Origin: an uncultured Chloroflexia bacterium
Lineage (GTDB): Bacteria > Chloroflexota > Limnocylindria > Limnocylindrales > CSP1-4
Assembly: GCA_963833225.1 (NCBI GenBank)
Contig: CAWHXD010000008.1
Location: forward strand, 512,001-576,000
DNA length: 64,000 bases
Reading direction: 5' to 3'
The position numbers and the translations under genes are program-made. Of this stretch, positions 20,990 through 31,349 are shown in pieces. Positions within the stretch are counted from its first letter, which is position 1. Each line of letters opens with the position of its first letter. The notes beneath the pieces are model-generated. The model ran no database searches. It was not told the origin of the DNA and worked only from the letters and a program-made list of their open reading frames with translations.

Positions 20990-21153
20990 CGCCGCCTGTC
21001 CTGCGCGCGCCGCTCGTCGCCTGCGCCCGGCCCACCCGGCACTGAGGCCTGTGCCCCGGCCCCCACCTGTGGCCGCCTTCGCCTGACCACCTGGCCCCGT
21101 CCGGCGATCACGCGTTCCGCCCCCACCCCACCTACGAAGCTCCGGTGTGACCC

Positions 21154-22053
21154 ATGTCATCGCGTCGTTCCACCCATCCCGAGGCCATTCCGGGGACCGT
21201 CCCCGAGGCCCATCCGACCGACCTCGCCACCCTCGCCGCCCATATCGCCGAGGACGAGGCGGCCATGTTCCGCAAGCTGCCGGATCGCGACCTCGTCGCC
21301 GCGTTCACGGACGGGGTCGTGAACCTGCTGTTCCCCGACGGTCGTGATGCCCCGCGGACGCCCTCCGGGATCCACGCCGAGCTCGAGGCTCGATGCAACG
21401 CCCTGGTGCCGGTGCTCGCGCCGTTGCGCGACAAGCTGCCGGACACGCCAGAGCGCCTCGCCGCCGACTTCCGCGCCGGGCTGCCAGACATCCACGAGCA
21501 GCTGACCCTCGACGCCGAGGCGATCGAGGCCGGCGATCCGGCCGCCCACGGCACCGCCGAGGTCGTCCTCGCGTACCCGGGGTTCCTCGCCCTGGCCTAC
21601 TACCGGATCGCCCACGCGCTCCACCTGCGAGGCATCCCGCTGGTGCCGCGGATGATCGCGGAGATCGCCCACAGTCGCACCGGGGCGGATATCCACCCGG
21701 CGGCCCGCATCGGACGCAGCTGCTGCATCGACCACGGCACCGGGCTGGTGATCGGCGAGACCGCGGTGATCGGCGACACCGTCAAGCTCTACCAGGGCGT
21801 GACCCTCGGAGCCCTGTCGGTCAGCAAGCAGGCGTCGGGCACCAAGCGCCATCCCACGATCGAGGACCGCGTGGTGATCTACGCCAACGCCACGGTGCTC
21901 GGCGGCGACACCATCGTCGGGGCCGACTCGATCATCGGCGGCAACGTGTGGCTCACCCACTCGGTGCCCCCCAACTCCCTCGTCTACCACCAGAGCCAGG
22001 TCCGGGTCCGGACGACGGCCGAGGTTGCCGATCCCATCGACTTCGTGATCTGA
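21154..22053 (+). CDS. cysE: Serine O-acetyltransferase
   Basis: [30 protein letters not shown] and KRHPTIED motifs. Confidence 0.93.
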   Translation: MSSRRSTHPEAIPGTVPEAHPTDLATLAAHIAEDEAAMFRKLPDRDLVAAFTDGVVNLLFPDGRDAPRTPSGIHAELEARCNALVPVLAPLRDKLPDTPERLAADFRAGLPDIHEQLTLDAEAIEAGDPAAHGTAEVVLAYPGFLALAYYRIAHALHLRGIPLVPRMIAEIAHSRTGADIHPAARIGRSCCIDHGTGLVIGETAVIGDTVKLYQGVTLGALSVSKQASGTKRHPTIEDRVVIYANATVLGGDTIVGADSIIGGNVWLTHSVPPNSLVYHQSQVRVRTTAEVADPIDFVI

Positions 22054-22064
22054 AAGGAACCACC

Positions 22065-22979
22065 ATGCCCTTCAACTCCATCCTCGAGGCCATCGGCAAC
22101 ACACCGCACGTCCGGATCAACCGGCTCTATGACCCCCGCGTCTCGGTCTGGGCCAAGCTCGAGCGCCAGAACCCGGGCGGCAGCATCAAGGACCGCATCG
22201 GGCTGGCGATGATCGAGGACGCCGAGAGCCGCGGGCTGCTCAAGGCGGGCTCGGTGATCGTCGAGCCGACCTCGGGCAACACGGGCATCGGGCTTGCGCT
22301 GGTAGCCGCGGTCAAGGGCTACCGGCTGATCCTGGTGATGCCGGAGTCGATGTCGATCGAGCGCCGCAAGCTGATGCAGCTGTACGGGGCCGAGCTCGAC
22401 CTGACGCCCCGCGAGCTGGGGATGAAGGGCGCGATTGCCCGGGCCAAGGAGATCGCCGAAGAGACACCGGGCGCCTGGATCCCGATGCAGTTCGACAACC
22501 CGGCCAACGTCGACGCCCACCGGCGGACGACGGCCGAGGAGATCGCGCGGGACTTCCCGGACGGGCTGGACTACATCGTCACCGGCGTCGGCACCGGCGG
22601 CCACATCACCGGCGTTGCCGAGGCGCTCAAGCCCCGCTGGCCGAACCTCAAGGTGTTCGCCGTGGAGCCGACGCTGTCGCCGGTCCTCTCGGGCGGCGCC
22701 GCGGGGCCCCATCCGATCCAGGGGATCGGGGCGGGGTTCATCCCGGGCGTGATGCGCACGGAGCTGCTCGACGGCATCGTGCTCGTGGAGGCCAAGGATG
22801 CGTTCGAATACGCTCGTCGGGCCGCGAGCGAGGAGGGCATCCTGATCGGCGTGTCGTCGGGGGCCTCGCTGGCCGCGGTGGCCCAGCTGCTGCCGCAGGT
22901 GGCCGACGGCTCCCGGATCCTCACCTTCACGTACGACACCGGCGAGCGCTACCTCTCCGTGGACGCCCTGTTCGGCTAG
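22065..22979 (+). CDS. cysK: Cysteine synthase A
   Basis: NPGGSIKDR (PLP Lys), [38 protein letters not shown]. Confidence 0.95.
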   Translation: MPFNSILEAIGNTPHVRINRLYDPRVSVWAKLERQNPGGSIKDRIGLAMIEDAESRGLLKAGSVIVEPTSGNTGIGLALVAAVKGYRLILVMPESMSIERRKLMQLYGAELDLTPRELGMKGAIARAKEIAEETPGAWIPMQFDNPANVDAHRRTTAEEIARDFPDGLDYIVTGVGTGGHITGVAEALKPRWPNLKVFAVEPTLSPVLSGGAAGPHPIQGIGAGFIPGVMRTELLDGIVLVEAKDAFEYARRAASEEGILIGVSSGASLAAVAQLLPQVADGSRILTFTYDTGERYLSVDALFG

Positions 22980-23164
22980 ATTCGCCCCGCCGGTCGCGTT
23001 CGCGCGACGCAGGCAACCGGTACGTTCGGCGCGCCACCCCATACGACGGTCCCGTGGCGCGCCGACGCAACACGTCGGACGATTCCCCAAGTTCCAATCT
23101 CCGGCGCGCGGCCCATGACGGGGGTCCCAGGACCGCGCACCAGCAGCAATCGGAGGACCGACGC

Positions 23165-23651
23165 GTGGACACCACCGGCATTCCTGAGCCGGCCGGCTGG
23201 GAGGACCCGCTCACCGGACTGCAGGGCCCCGACTTCTGGCGACGGTCACTCGTCACCGAGGTCGCCCGCAGCGCCCGGTACCGCCGCTCCCTCGCCGTCG
23301 TGATCGTCGAGGTCAGCGGCATCGAGGCGCTGGGTGAGCACGTGGGGCTGGGATGTCGCCCGACATGCGATCCACGAGGCTGCGCAGTGCCTGCGGCGGA
23401 CCTCACGGACCAGCGATCATTGCTCCCGCATCGGCCCGGCCCGCTTTGGCGTGGCGTTGACCGAGACGGACGAGATCGCGGCCATCAACTTCGTGGAGCG
23501 TGTCCGCGAGGCCGGTCCGCGTGCCATGCCCAAGGACTTCGACAGTCTCCGGTTCAGCTTTGGCTGGGCCAGCCCCAAGCAGGGCGAGTCCGCCGACGCC
23601 GTGGTTCGCCGCGCCGAGTCACGGCTGGCCCTGGAGCTCGCCGAGGCCTGA
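23165..23651 (+). CDS. Stand-alone degenerate GGDEF-domain protein (frameshift near 23339)
   Basis: DPLTGL, E.ARS.RY.R.L, R.SD...RIGPARF (degenerate A-site) and SFGWA. GGAGG RBS. The two halves are in adjacent frames. Confidence 0.75.
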
Positions 23652-23750
23652 TCCCGCTCCCGCTCCGCGGCCCGGCGTGCGGGCGCGACCGCCCAGCGTG
23701 CCCACGCGCGGTCACCCGTGAACCGAGCCGGTCAGCTCGAACCGCGGCGG

Positions 23751-25142
23751 TCAGCGCGCCGCCAAGCGCTCCGCGAGGCTGCGGCCGCTCGGAGCGCGAC
23801 CGGTGCGGGCAGACGACTCGTCGAGCCGCCCGATGGCCCACTGCGCGTAGCGGACACCCAGGTACCGGAAGGGCTCGATCTCCCAGTTCCGCGAGCGGTG
23901 GTTGACGATCGGCAGCCTGATGACCGGGTCGTCCCCGCCGGTGATGAGCTCGGTCAGGGTGCGCCCGGCCAGGTTGGTCGTGGACACCCCGTGACCCACA
24001 TAGCCACGGGCCGTGGCGATCCCGGTCGCCGGGTCGAACGCGACCGTGGGGTGCCAGTCCCGCGGCATCCCCAGCGGGCCGCCCCAGGCGTGGGTGAACT
24101 CCACGTCGCGGAGCACCGGGAACCACTCGCGAACGAAGCCGCGCAACTGCTCGTGGGTGGGGTCGTGCCGGTCGAACTCGGGCCGGATCGGTGACCCGAA
24201 GCGGTACGGCGCTCCGCGACCCCCAAACAGGATGCGGCCGTCCTCGGTGCGCGACAGGTAGTCGACGGAAAGGCGCGTCGAGGCCACCACCTCGCGGTTC
24301 GTCCAGCCGATCTCCGCCCACTGCGCCTCGCTGACAGGCTCGGTGAGCACGATGAGCGACCACAGCGGCACGAGCTGGCGATGGAGCTGGGGCAGCTCGG
24401 CAAGGTAGGCCTCGCCCGCGAGGACCACAACCCCGGCGCGGACGTCGCCCCGATCCGTGACCAGGGTCGCGTGGCCGGAGCCGTCCCGCGGCCGGAAGCC
24501 GGTGGCCGCCGTGCCCTCCGCGATTCGGGCGCCCATGCGCTCCACCACGCGGGCGAGGCCCCGGGTCAGCCGCCCCGGATGGACAACCGCCGCGTCGTCG
24601 GAGACGAGGGCCCGCAGCGCGCCCGCGATGCGGATCCGCTCGGCCAGCTCCGGGGCGTCCACCAGCCGGTACCGGTCGCCGAACCCGAACCGCTCGTACT
24701 CGCGGAGCGCGTCTTCGAGTGCAGGGATGCCCTGCGGTCCCCTTGCGACGATGATCTCGCCGCCCTTGTGGAACCCCGCATCGATCCCGGCCGCGTCGCA
24801 CGCGCGGCCCACCTCGTCGACCGCGTCGTAGGTCGCCTGCTGCATCCGTCGCGCCGCGTCGTCCCCGTGGAGACGGGCGAGCCTGGTCATGCTGATGTTG
24901 AGGTCCGGCGCGCACCACGCCCCGTTGCGCCCGGAGGCGCCGAACCCGGCGATCTCCCGCTCCACGAGCACGACCCGGAGGGCGGGATCGCGCTGGAGCA
25001 GGTAGAACGCGGTCCACAGCCCGGTCAGGCCCGCCCCGAGGATGGCCACGTCCGCGTCGGTGGAGCCGTCGAGCGGCGGACGCGGCGTGAGGTCGTCGCC
25101 CGCGTTCTCAAGCCAGAAGGAAACGGACGTGTGGTGGTTCAC
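23751..25142 (-). CDS. FAD-dependent oxidoreductase (DAO/PuuB-like)
   Basis: GAGLTG, GASGRNG, WGGPLG and GYVGHGV motifs. TACGAT -10 box 6 nt before GTG. Confidence 0.88.
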   Translation of the reverse strand: MNHHTSVSFWLENAGDDLTPRPPLDGSTDADVAILGAGLTGLWTAFYLLQRDPALRVVLVEREIAGFGASGRNGAWCAPDLNISMTRLARLHGDDAARRMQQATYDAVDEVGRACDAAGIDAGFHKGGEIIVARGPQGIPALEDALREYERFGFGDRYRLVDAPELAERIRIAGALRALVSDDAAVVHPGRLTRGLARVVERMGARIAEGTAATGFRPRDGSGHATLVTDRGDVRAGVVVLAGEAYLAELPQLHRQLVPLWSLIVLTEPVSEAQWAEIGWTNREVVASTRLSVDYLSRTEDGRILFGGRGAPYRFGSPIRPEFDRHDPTHEQLRGFVREWFPVLRDVEFTHAWGGPLGMPRDWHPTVAFDPATGIATARGYVGHGVSTTNLAGRTLTELITGGDDPVIRLPIVNHRSRNWEIEPFRYLGVRYAQWAIGRLDESSARTGRAPSGRSLAERLAAR

Positions 25143-25272
25143 GCCGCGATCGTACCCAGACGGCGGGGGCCCACGACCGGTGTTGCGGGCAGGGCAACGA
25201 TTCCGGCCGGCGACGGGAACGGCCGCCACCGAGTACGGTTGTCGCGCTCTCCCCGCTCAAAGGTGCCACCCC

Positions 25273-25650
25273 ATGACCGCAACCCCGACCAGCATCGGCG
25301 AGCTGTTCCGCTCGCTCGGCCTCACGATCACGATCCGCGCTGCCGAGGGCGAGGAGGAGGAGGCGTGGGCCTGCACCCTGACCCGCCCGGACGGCCGGAC
25401 CTACGAGATCGAATCTGTGTCGTTCTTCGATGTCGACCCGGAAACGGGCGAGGAGTGGATCGTGGAGCCCAGCCCATCACGCGTCCTGACGGTGCTCGCC
25501 GGGGGCGATGTCGAGGACGAGGACGGCGACGAGGACGGCGAGGAGACCGACAAGGAGGCCGGCAAGGAGGCCGAAGCCGCCGCGCGCGACTTCCTGGGCG
25601 ACGAGGCCTACGAGCTGCTCGGCGTGCTGGATGCCGAGGGTCTGGACTAG
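25273..25650 (+). CDS. Hypothetical highly acidic protein
   Basis: 125-aa ORF with typical codon usage, very D/E-rich. Confidence 0.7.
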   Translation: MTATPTSIGELFRSLGLTITIRAAEGEEEEAWACTLTRPDGRTYEIESVSFFDVDPETGEEWIVEPSPSRVLTVLAGGDVEDEDGDEDGEETDKEAGKEAEAAARDFLGDEAYELLGVLDAEGLD

Positions 25651-25666
25651 CCGGTCCCGTCGCCGG

Positions 25667-25960
25667 CTACTCGACCGGCTCCAGGTCCACGGTGCGGACG
25701 GTGCGCGCGCTCCCCGCCTCGGTGCGGACGACTGCCGCGGGGACGACCCCACCGGCCATGCGCTCGATCACGGCGGTCTCGCCGGCGTAGAGACCCGTCC
25801 CGAGGATCCGGACCTTGTCGCCGGGTGCCAGCCCCGAGCGCCCGTCGAGGGCCGCCCTGTTGATGGATACGCCCGTGGGAGGATTGATGTAGCCGGGTTC
25901 GGGCCGCGGGCCCGCCGACTTCTTGGGCGGGATGAAGACCCTGCGCTTGCGACCCGGCAC
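25667..25960 (-). CDS. Small KOW/SH3-like protein
   Basis: PGDKVRILGTGLYAGETAVI resembles a KOW motif. Basic N-terminus. GTG overlaps the TAG of a short upstream ORF. Confidence 0.6.
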   Translation of the reverse strand: MPGRKRRVFIPPKKSAGPRPEPGYINPPTGVSINRAALDGRSGLAPGDKVRILGTGLYAGETAVIERMAGGVVPAAVVRTEAGSARTVRTVDLEPVE

Positions 25961-26013
25961 TAGCGGGCCCAGCCGGCGCCGATGCGGCGCGTCATGCTCG
26001 TGGTCTGCGTCAT
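25960..26013 (-). CDS. Putative 17-aa peptide MTQTTSMTRRIGAGWAR
   Basis: GAGGTG RBS-like sequence upstream. Stop overlaps the next GTG (TAGTG). Confidence 0.35.
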   Translation of the reverse strand: MTQTTSMTRRIGAGWAR

Positions 26014-26112
26014 GTTCACCTCTTGCCGCCGGAACGAACGTCTGTCCGGCCTCGCGCGAGTGTACGCGAGAAGCGCCAACCTCCACGGCTGCGCGGTACG
26101 GCAAGGGCGGCT

Positions 26113-26400
26113 TCAACGGCCCTCGTGTCCGGCCTCCGCACCTGGACGGAGCGCGCGGGCGAGGGTCTCGTCGGACGGCTCCACGAGCACGTTGCCGTCC
26201 GGCAGCACGACGACCGGGATCGCGAGGTAACCGGCGTCGGCGAGCATCGCCCGGACCGCGGGGTCCGCGTCCCGGTCGATCCAGGTCCACGCCAGGTCGG
26301 TGGCGTCCAGCCAGCGCTTGGTGCGGCGGCAGTCGCCGCACCAGTCCGCGCCATAGACGGTGACGACGGTGGACACGGGGAGGGCGGACGGGTCGGGCAC
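26113..26400 (-). CDS. Glutaredoxin/mycoredoxin-like protein
   Basis: YGADWCGDC, IPVV and DG.VLVEPS motifs. Confidence 0.85.
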   Translation of the reverse strand: MPDPSALPVSTVVTVYGADWCGDCRRTKRWLDATDLAWTWIDRDADPAVRAMLADAGYLAIPVVVLPDGNVLVEPSDETLARALRPGAEAGHEGR

Positions 26401-26563
26401 GGGTCGATTGTCGAACACGGACGGGGACCTCGCAACGCGGGCGCTGGTCGCGACGGGGCGTGGCGAACCCACGGTCATCACGCGGGTCATCCGCAAACCG
26501 CCGGGGCCGCTAGACTCACGCTGGCGCCCCATTCGCCCACCTGCTCGTCGAAAGGTCACGCCC

Positions 26564-27772
26564 GTGTCGCTCCCGTCGCTCGCTCGCCTCCCTGCCCCGC
26601 CCGACCCGATCCTCGGCCTCGCCGAGGCGTTCCGCGGCGATCCGCGGACGGACAAGATCAACCTGAGCACAGGCGTGTTCGTCGACGCGACCGGGAAGAC
26701 GCCGGTGCTGCCGACCGTGCTCGAGGCCGAGCGACGGCTCGCGGCGGCCGAGGGCAGCAAGCTGTACCGCCCCATCGATGGCGACGTCGCCTATCGCGAG
26801 CTCGTGCGTGCCCTCGCCCTGGGCGCAGACCACGAGGCCGTGACGTCGGGGCGGGCGCTCGCGACCCAGACGCCGGGCGGGACCGGTGGACTGCGGGTTG
26901 CCGCCGACCTGCTGCGCCAGACCGGCTCGGGCGAGACGCTCTGGATGAGCGAGCCCACCTGGCCGAATCACCCCCAGCTGTTTGCCGCTGCCGGCTTCCG
27001 GATCCGGTCGTATCCGTACACGGACGCGAGCGGTCGTCGGATCGACGAGGACGCGATGCTCGGGGCCCTCGGCCAGGCCAGCCCGGGCGACATCGTGCTG
27101 CTCCACGGGGCGTGCCACAACCCTACCGGCGTGGACCCGTCGCCCGACCTGTGGCGGCGCATCGGGGACCTGGTGCAGGAGCGGCGCCTGCTGCCACTCG
27201 TCGACCTCGCCTACCAGGGGTTCGGTGACGGTCTCGACCAGGATGCCGCGGGCCTGCGCGAGCTCGTTCGGCCCGGGGCCGAGCTGCTGGTGTCCACGTC
27301 GTTCTCGAAGACCTTCTCGCTCTACGCGGAGCGGGTCGGGGCCATGATCGTGATCGCCGCCAGCGCCGCGGACGCCGCCGCGGTCCAGAGCCACGTCAAG
27401 ATCGCCATCCGGGTGAACTACTCCAACCCGCCGGCACACGGGGCGGACATCGTGCGCACCGTCCTCGCCGACGAGACGCTGCGCGCCGCGTGGGAGATCG
27501 AGCTGGCCGGCATGCGCAACCGGATCAACGACAACCGGCGCGCCCTGGTCGAGGCGCTCACCAGCCGCGCCATCCCTGGCGACTGGTCGGCGATCGCGAC
27601 CCAGCGCGGCATGTTCGCCCTGCTCGGGCTGACGACCGCCCAGGTCGCCCGCCTCCGGGACGAGTTCGGCGTGTATGTGGTCGGCAAGGGCCGGATCAAC
27701 GTCGCCGGCTTCACCACGGCCAACTTGGGCCCGTTCGCGGATGCCCTGGCGGAGGTGATCGCGACCTCCTGA
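26564..27772 (+). CDS. Aspartate/aromatic amino acid aminotransferase (AspC/TyrB type)
   Basis: PPDPILGL, QTPGGTG, PTWPNH, CHNPTG, DLAYQGF, SFSK and GRINVAG motifs. Confidence 0.92.
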   Translation: MSLPSLARLPAPPDPILGLAEAFRGDPRTDKINLSTGVFVDATGKTPVLPTVLEAERRLAAAEGSKLYRPIDGDVAYRELVRALALGADHEAVTSGRALATQTPGGTGGLRVAADLLRQTGSGETLWMSEPTWPNHPQLFAAAGFRIRSYPYTDASGRRIDEDAMLGALGQASPGDIVLLHGACHNPTGVDPSPDLWRRIGDLVQERRLLPLVDLAYQGFGDGLDQDAAGLRELVRPGAELLVSTSFSKTFSLYAERVGAMIVIAASAADAAAVQSHVKIAIRVNYSNPPAHGADIVRTVLADETLRAAWEIELAGMRNRINDNRRALVEALTSRAIPGDWSAIATQRGMFALLGLTTAQVARLRDEFGVYVVGKGRINVAGFTTANLGPFADALAEVIATS

Positions 27773-27947
27773 GCGGGTGGGCCCGGTCGTTCGGTCCGGC
27801 TAGGACTACCTGCCGATATCCCGGGGGCGGGCACGGGGCGATCCTAGCGGGGTACCCCTCCCCGGAGGACCGACACTGGCCGACACGCGCCCACCCGAGC
27901 CTGCAACCCCCGCCCTGACCGGCGGCGATGCCGCACGCGTCGAGACG

Positions 27948-30236
27948 ATGCGCGCGCTGCTCAGCATGCTCCCGGAACGCGTCGCGCAGTCCATCATGCC
28001 CGCGGGCACCACCCTTGACTCCATCGTGGACGCCCGGGTCACGCGACGGCTCTACCTGCGCCTCGTCGCCGCCATCACGATCGCCGCCGCGCTCGTGTTC
28101 GCCCCCTCGATGCTGGTCGCCGGCGTACCGCCGGACCGCCAGCTGCTGTTCCTCGGGGGCGTCGTGATGGCCACCCTGATCGTCTCGGCGTCACTGTTCG
28201 GCGCGCGCCGCGATTCGAAGCTGGCGCTCGTCACGGCAGCCATCGATGCCCTCGTCGTCGGCGGCCTCGGCCTGTTGATCGGCGGCTACTACCACTACAT
28301 CGGCCTCCTGTTCGCGCTCGTCGTCGTTGGCCATTCGAGCATTCACGGGTTGCGGGCGGGGCTGGTGATGGTGCTTTGCGGCACCGTCCTCGTCCCGTTG
28401 GCGCTTGCGAGCACAGACGGTGTCAATCCGGCGGACCCGCTGTTCGTCTTCATCTTCCTGGTCGGCATGACCGCGGTCACCCTGAGCCTCGACCGGCTTC
28501 GCGCCCGAGACATGACCGCGATCCATGCCAGCGAGACGCGGTACCGCGAGCTCGTCGAGCGCGTCCCGGCCGTCGTGTACACGGCCGACCTGGGGGTCGA
28601 GGGCGCGTGGCGGTACGTGAGCCCCCGCGTGGAGGCGTGGCTCGGGTTTGCTGCATCAGACTGGACGCAGGTCCCGGGGTTCTGGCTCAGCCGGGTCCAC
28701 CCCGATGACCGAGAGCTCGTCGTCGCCGACGAGGTGGAGACGTCTGCGGGTCCACCCGGGCGGACAAGCCTGATCGAGTACCGGATGATCGACCGCGGTG
28801 GCCAGACTCGGTGGGTACGCGACGAGGCCACGGTGATCGCGCCGGAGGACGGGTCGCCCGCCCACTGGAGCGGCTTCCTGGTCGACATCACCGAGCGCAA
28901 GGTCCTCGAGGACCAGCTCGAGCACCAGGCATTCCATGACCCGCTGACTGGCCTCGCCAACCGCGCCCTGTTCGCGAACCGGGTCGAGCATGCCCTGGCA
29001 CGCTCGAAGCGAAATCGCGAGTCCCTCGCCGTGCTGTTCCTCGACCTCGACGAGTTCAAGACCGTCAATGACGGCATCGGGCATGACGCTGGTGACGAGC
29101 TGCTGGTCGCGATCGGGCAGGCGCTGCAGGACTGCCTGCGCCCCATGGACACGGTGGCCCGGCTCGGCGGCGACGAGTTCGCGATCCTGCTCGAGGATCT
29201 GCCCAGCGCGGACGCGGCAGCCATGGTCGCGGACCGGATCCTCGAGGCCCTGTCGAGCCCATTCGTGGTCCACGGGCGGGGCGTGGAGATCGGCTCGAGC
29301 ATCGGGATCGCGGTCCCCACCGGGCGCAACGAGGACACCCGCGAGATGCTGCGCAACGCGGACAGCGCGATGTACGCGGCCAAGCAACACGGCAAGGGCC
29401 GGCACGAGACCTATGTGCCGGCGATGCACGCGGCCGCGGTGCGACACCTGGAGCTGACCGGCGAGATCCGGCGGGGACTCGAGCGGGGCCAGTTCCTCGT
29501 CCACTACCAACCCACGGTGCGCCTGGGTGACGGGTCGATCTCGGGCTTCGAGGCGCTCGTTCGCTGGCACCACCCTCGCCTCGGCCTCGTCCCGCCCGGG
29601 GTGTTCATCCGGACCGCGGAGGAGACGGGCCAGATCATCGCCATCGGACGCTTCGTCATCGACCAGGCGTGCCGCCAGGCTCGTGCCTGGCAGGATCTGT
29701 ACCCGGCGATGGCGCTGGCCATGAGCGTGAACGTCTCGGCGCGCCAGTTCCGCGACGAGTCGCTGGTCCCATCGGTCGCCCAGGCCCTGGCGGTGACGTC
29801 GCTTGACCCCTCGGCGCTCATCCTCGAGATCACCGAGAGCGTGGTGATGGAGGACTCCGAGGCCTCGCTCAACCGCCTGCTCGAGCTGCGGGCGCTCGGC
29901 GTGCGGCTCGCGATCGACGACTTCGGGACGGGCTACTCGTCGCTGAGCTACCTTCGTCGACTGCCCGTGGACGTGCTCAAGATCGACAAGGCGTTCGTGG
30001 ACGGGATCACGGGTGGCGGCCAGGGCCTGGAGCTGGCCCGGGTCATCGTGCGCATGGCCAAAACGCTCAACCTCGAGACCATCGCGGAGGGCGTCGAGGA
30101 GCCCAGCCAGGCGGCGGCGCTCCGTCGAATGGGCTGCGAGCAGGCGCAGGGCTTCCATTTCGCCCGCCCGATGGTCGCGGAGGAGGCGTCCAAGCTGCTG
30201 CTGGGCGGCCAGCGCCTCGAGGCCCGGGCCGGCTGA
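27948..30236 (+). CDS. Membrane PAS-GGDEF-EAL diguanylate cyclase/phosphodiesterase
   Basis: N-terminal TM helices, PAS (VHPDD), HDPLTGL, intact GGDEF, EAL, DDFGTGYSS. Confidence 0.93.
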   Translation: MRALLSMLPERVAQSIMPAGTTLDSIVDARVTRRLYLRLVAAITIAAALVFAPSMLVAGVPPDRQLLFLGGVVMATLIVSASLFGARRDSKLALVTAAIDALVVGGLGLLIGGYYHYIGLLFALVVVGHSSIHGLRAGLVMVLCGTVLVPLALASTDGVNPADPLFVFIFLVGMTAVTLSLDRLRARDMTAIHASETRYRELVERVPAVVYTADLGVEGAWRYVSPRVEAWLGFAASDWTQVPGFWLSRVHPDDRELVVADEVETSAGPPGRTSLIEYRMIDRGGQTRWVRDEATVIAPEDGSPAHWSGFLVDITERKVLEDQLEHQAFHDPLTGLANRALFANRVEHALARSKRNRESLAVLFLDLDEFKTVNDGIGHDAGDELLVAIGQALQDCLRPMDTVARLGGDEFAILLEDLPSADAAAMVADRILEALSSPFVVHGRGVEIGSSIGIAVPTGRNEDTREMLRNADSAMYAAKQHGKGRHETYVPAMHAAAVRHLELTGEIRRGLERGQFLVHYQPTVRLGDGSISGFEALVRWHHPRLGLVPPGVFIRTAEETGQIIAIGRFVIDQACRQARAWQDLYPAMALAMSVNVSARQFRDESLVPSVAQALAVTSLDPSALILEITESVVMEDSEASLNRLLELRALGVRLAIDDFGTGYSSLSYLRRLPVDVLKIDKAFVDGITGGGQGLELARVIVRMAKTLNLETIAEGVEEPSQAAALRRMGCEQAQGFHFARPMVAEEASKLLLGGQRLEARAG

Positions 30237-30334
30237 CGGAGCGGGCGCACAACGGACCGGCACCAAGCGCCGCAACCGGGCATCCTGAGGTGGGGCGGCC
30301 CGCCCGTGAATGTCGTCCCTCCGAGGTCCCCGTC

Positions 30335-31333
30335 ATGCGCGAGAGCAGCTTCTGGTCCACCCCTGTCCTGGCATCGGTCCTGCCCGTGGTTGCGGCATCG
30401 CGCCACGTCGCCACCAACAGCGACGAGATCGAACGGGTCGCGGACTGGCTGGCCTACGAGCCCTTCGGCTGGCCACAGGCCGTGCTGCCGTTCGAGATCG
30501 GCGACGATCCCGACATCCTGACCGACTTCCAGCTGTTCGTGAACACGCTCAACTTCGCGTTCAGCGACTTCGAGACGGGCGTCAAGTACGAGGCCGAGCG
30601 CGATGGCGCGCGGTGGTCCGACAGCGAGGGGATGCTCGCCAACATCCTCAACGCCCGCGACGCCGGCATCCCGCTGCTGACCGGCCGCTGGATGGCCGAG
30701 GCGACGCTCGCCGATGTCGAGGGGGTGTTCACCGGCTGCTCGATTCCGATGCCGATGCTCCCCGAGCGGACGGAGATCCTCAACGCCGTGGGCGCGGTGC
30801 TCGTGGACCGCTACGACGGCCGCTGGGCAAACTGGGTCCGCTCCTGTGCGCCGCGGATGTACGCGGGTGGCGACGGGCTCCTTGAACGGTTGCCCGAGGA
30901 GTTCCCCCGGTTCCGCGACATCAGCACCTATGACGGGCACGAGGTCCGGCTGTTCAAGCTCGGGCAGCTGGCCCTGTGGGGGATGCACACCGCGCACCAG
31001 GCGACGGGCCGCTTTGCCCTCGAGGATCTCGATGCCATGAGCGCCTTCGCGGACTACATCGTCCCGGTGGCCCTGCGGCTGATGCGGATCTTCGAGTACT
31101 CGCCCGAGCTGGAGCGCCGGATCAACGAGGGCGTGGAGCTGCCGCGAGACTCCGAGCAGGAGATCGAGGTGCGGGCCCACACCCTGTACGCCACCGCCGC
31201 GCTCACGGAGGCGGTCAACCGCCGCCGCCCGGCGGACCAGCAGCTGGTGATCCCGCAGCTGGACTACCGCCTGTGGAAGACGTACCACGCCACGTTCTGG
31301 CCGCACCACCTGACCCGCACGATCATGTACTAG
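30335..31333 (+). CDS. Queuosine salvage hydrolase (Qng1/DUF2419 family)
   Basis: LNFAF, FPRFRD, KLGQL, FADYIVP, EIEVR and LDYRLW...HHLTRTIMY motifs. Confidence 0.85.
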   Translation: MRESSFWSTPVLASVLPVVAASRHVATNSDEIERVADWLAYEPFGWPQAVLPFEIGDDPDILTDFQLFVNTLNFAFSDFETGVKYEAERDGARWSDSEGMLANILNARDAGIPLLTGRWMAEATLADVEGVFTGCSIPMPMLPERTEILNAVGAVLVDRYDGRWANWVRSCAPRMYAGGDGLLERLPEEFPRFRDISTYDGHEVRLFKLGQLALWGMHTAHQATGRFALEDLDAMSAFADYIVPVALRLMRIFEYSPELERRINEGVELPRDSEQEIEVRAHTLYATAALTEAVNRRRPADQQLVIPQLDYRLWKTYHATFWPHHLTRTIMY

Positions 31334-31349
31334 CCGGAGACGCAGCCCG

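Noticed and set aside
22980-23164. c-di-GMP riboswitch upstream of the GGDEF gene
   Set aside because: Only short hairpins. The conserved class I/II motifs were not recognisable.
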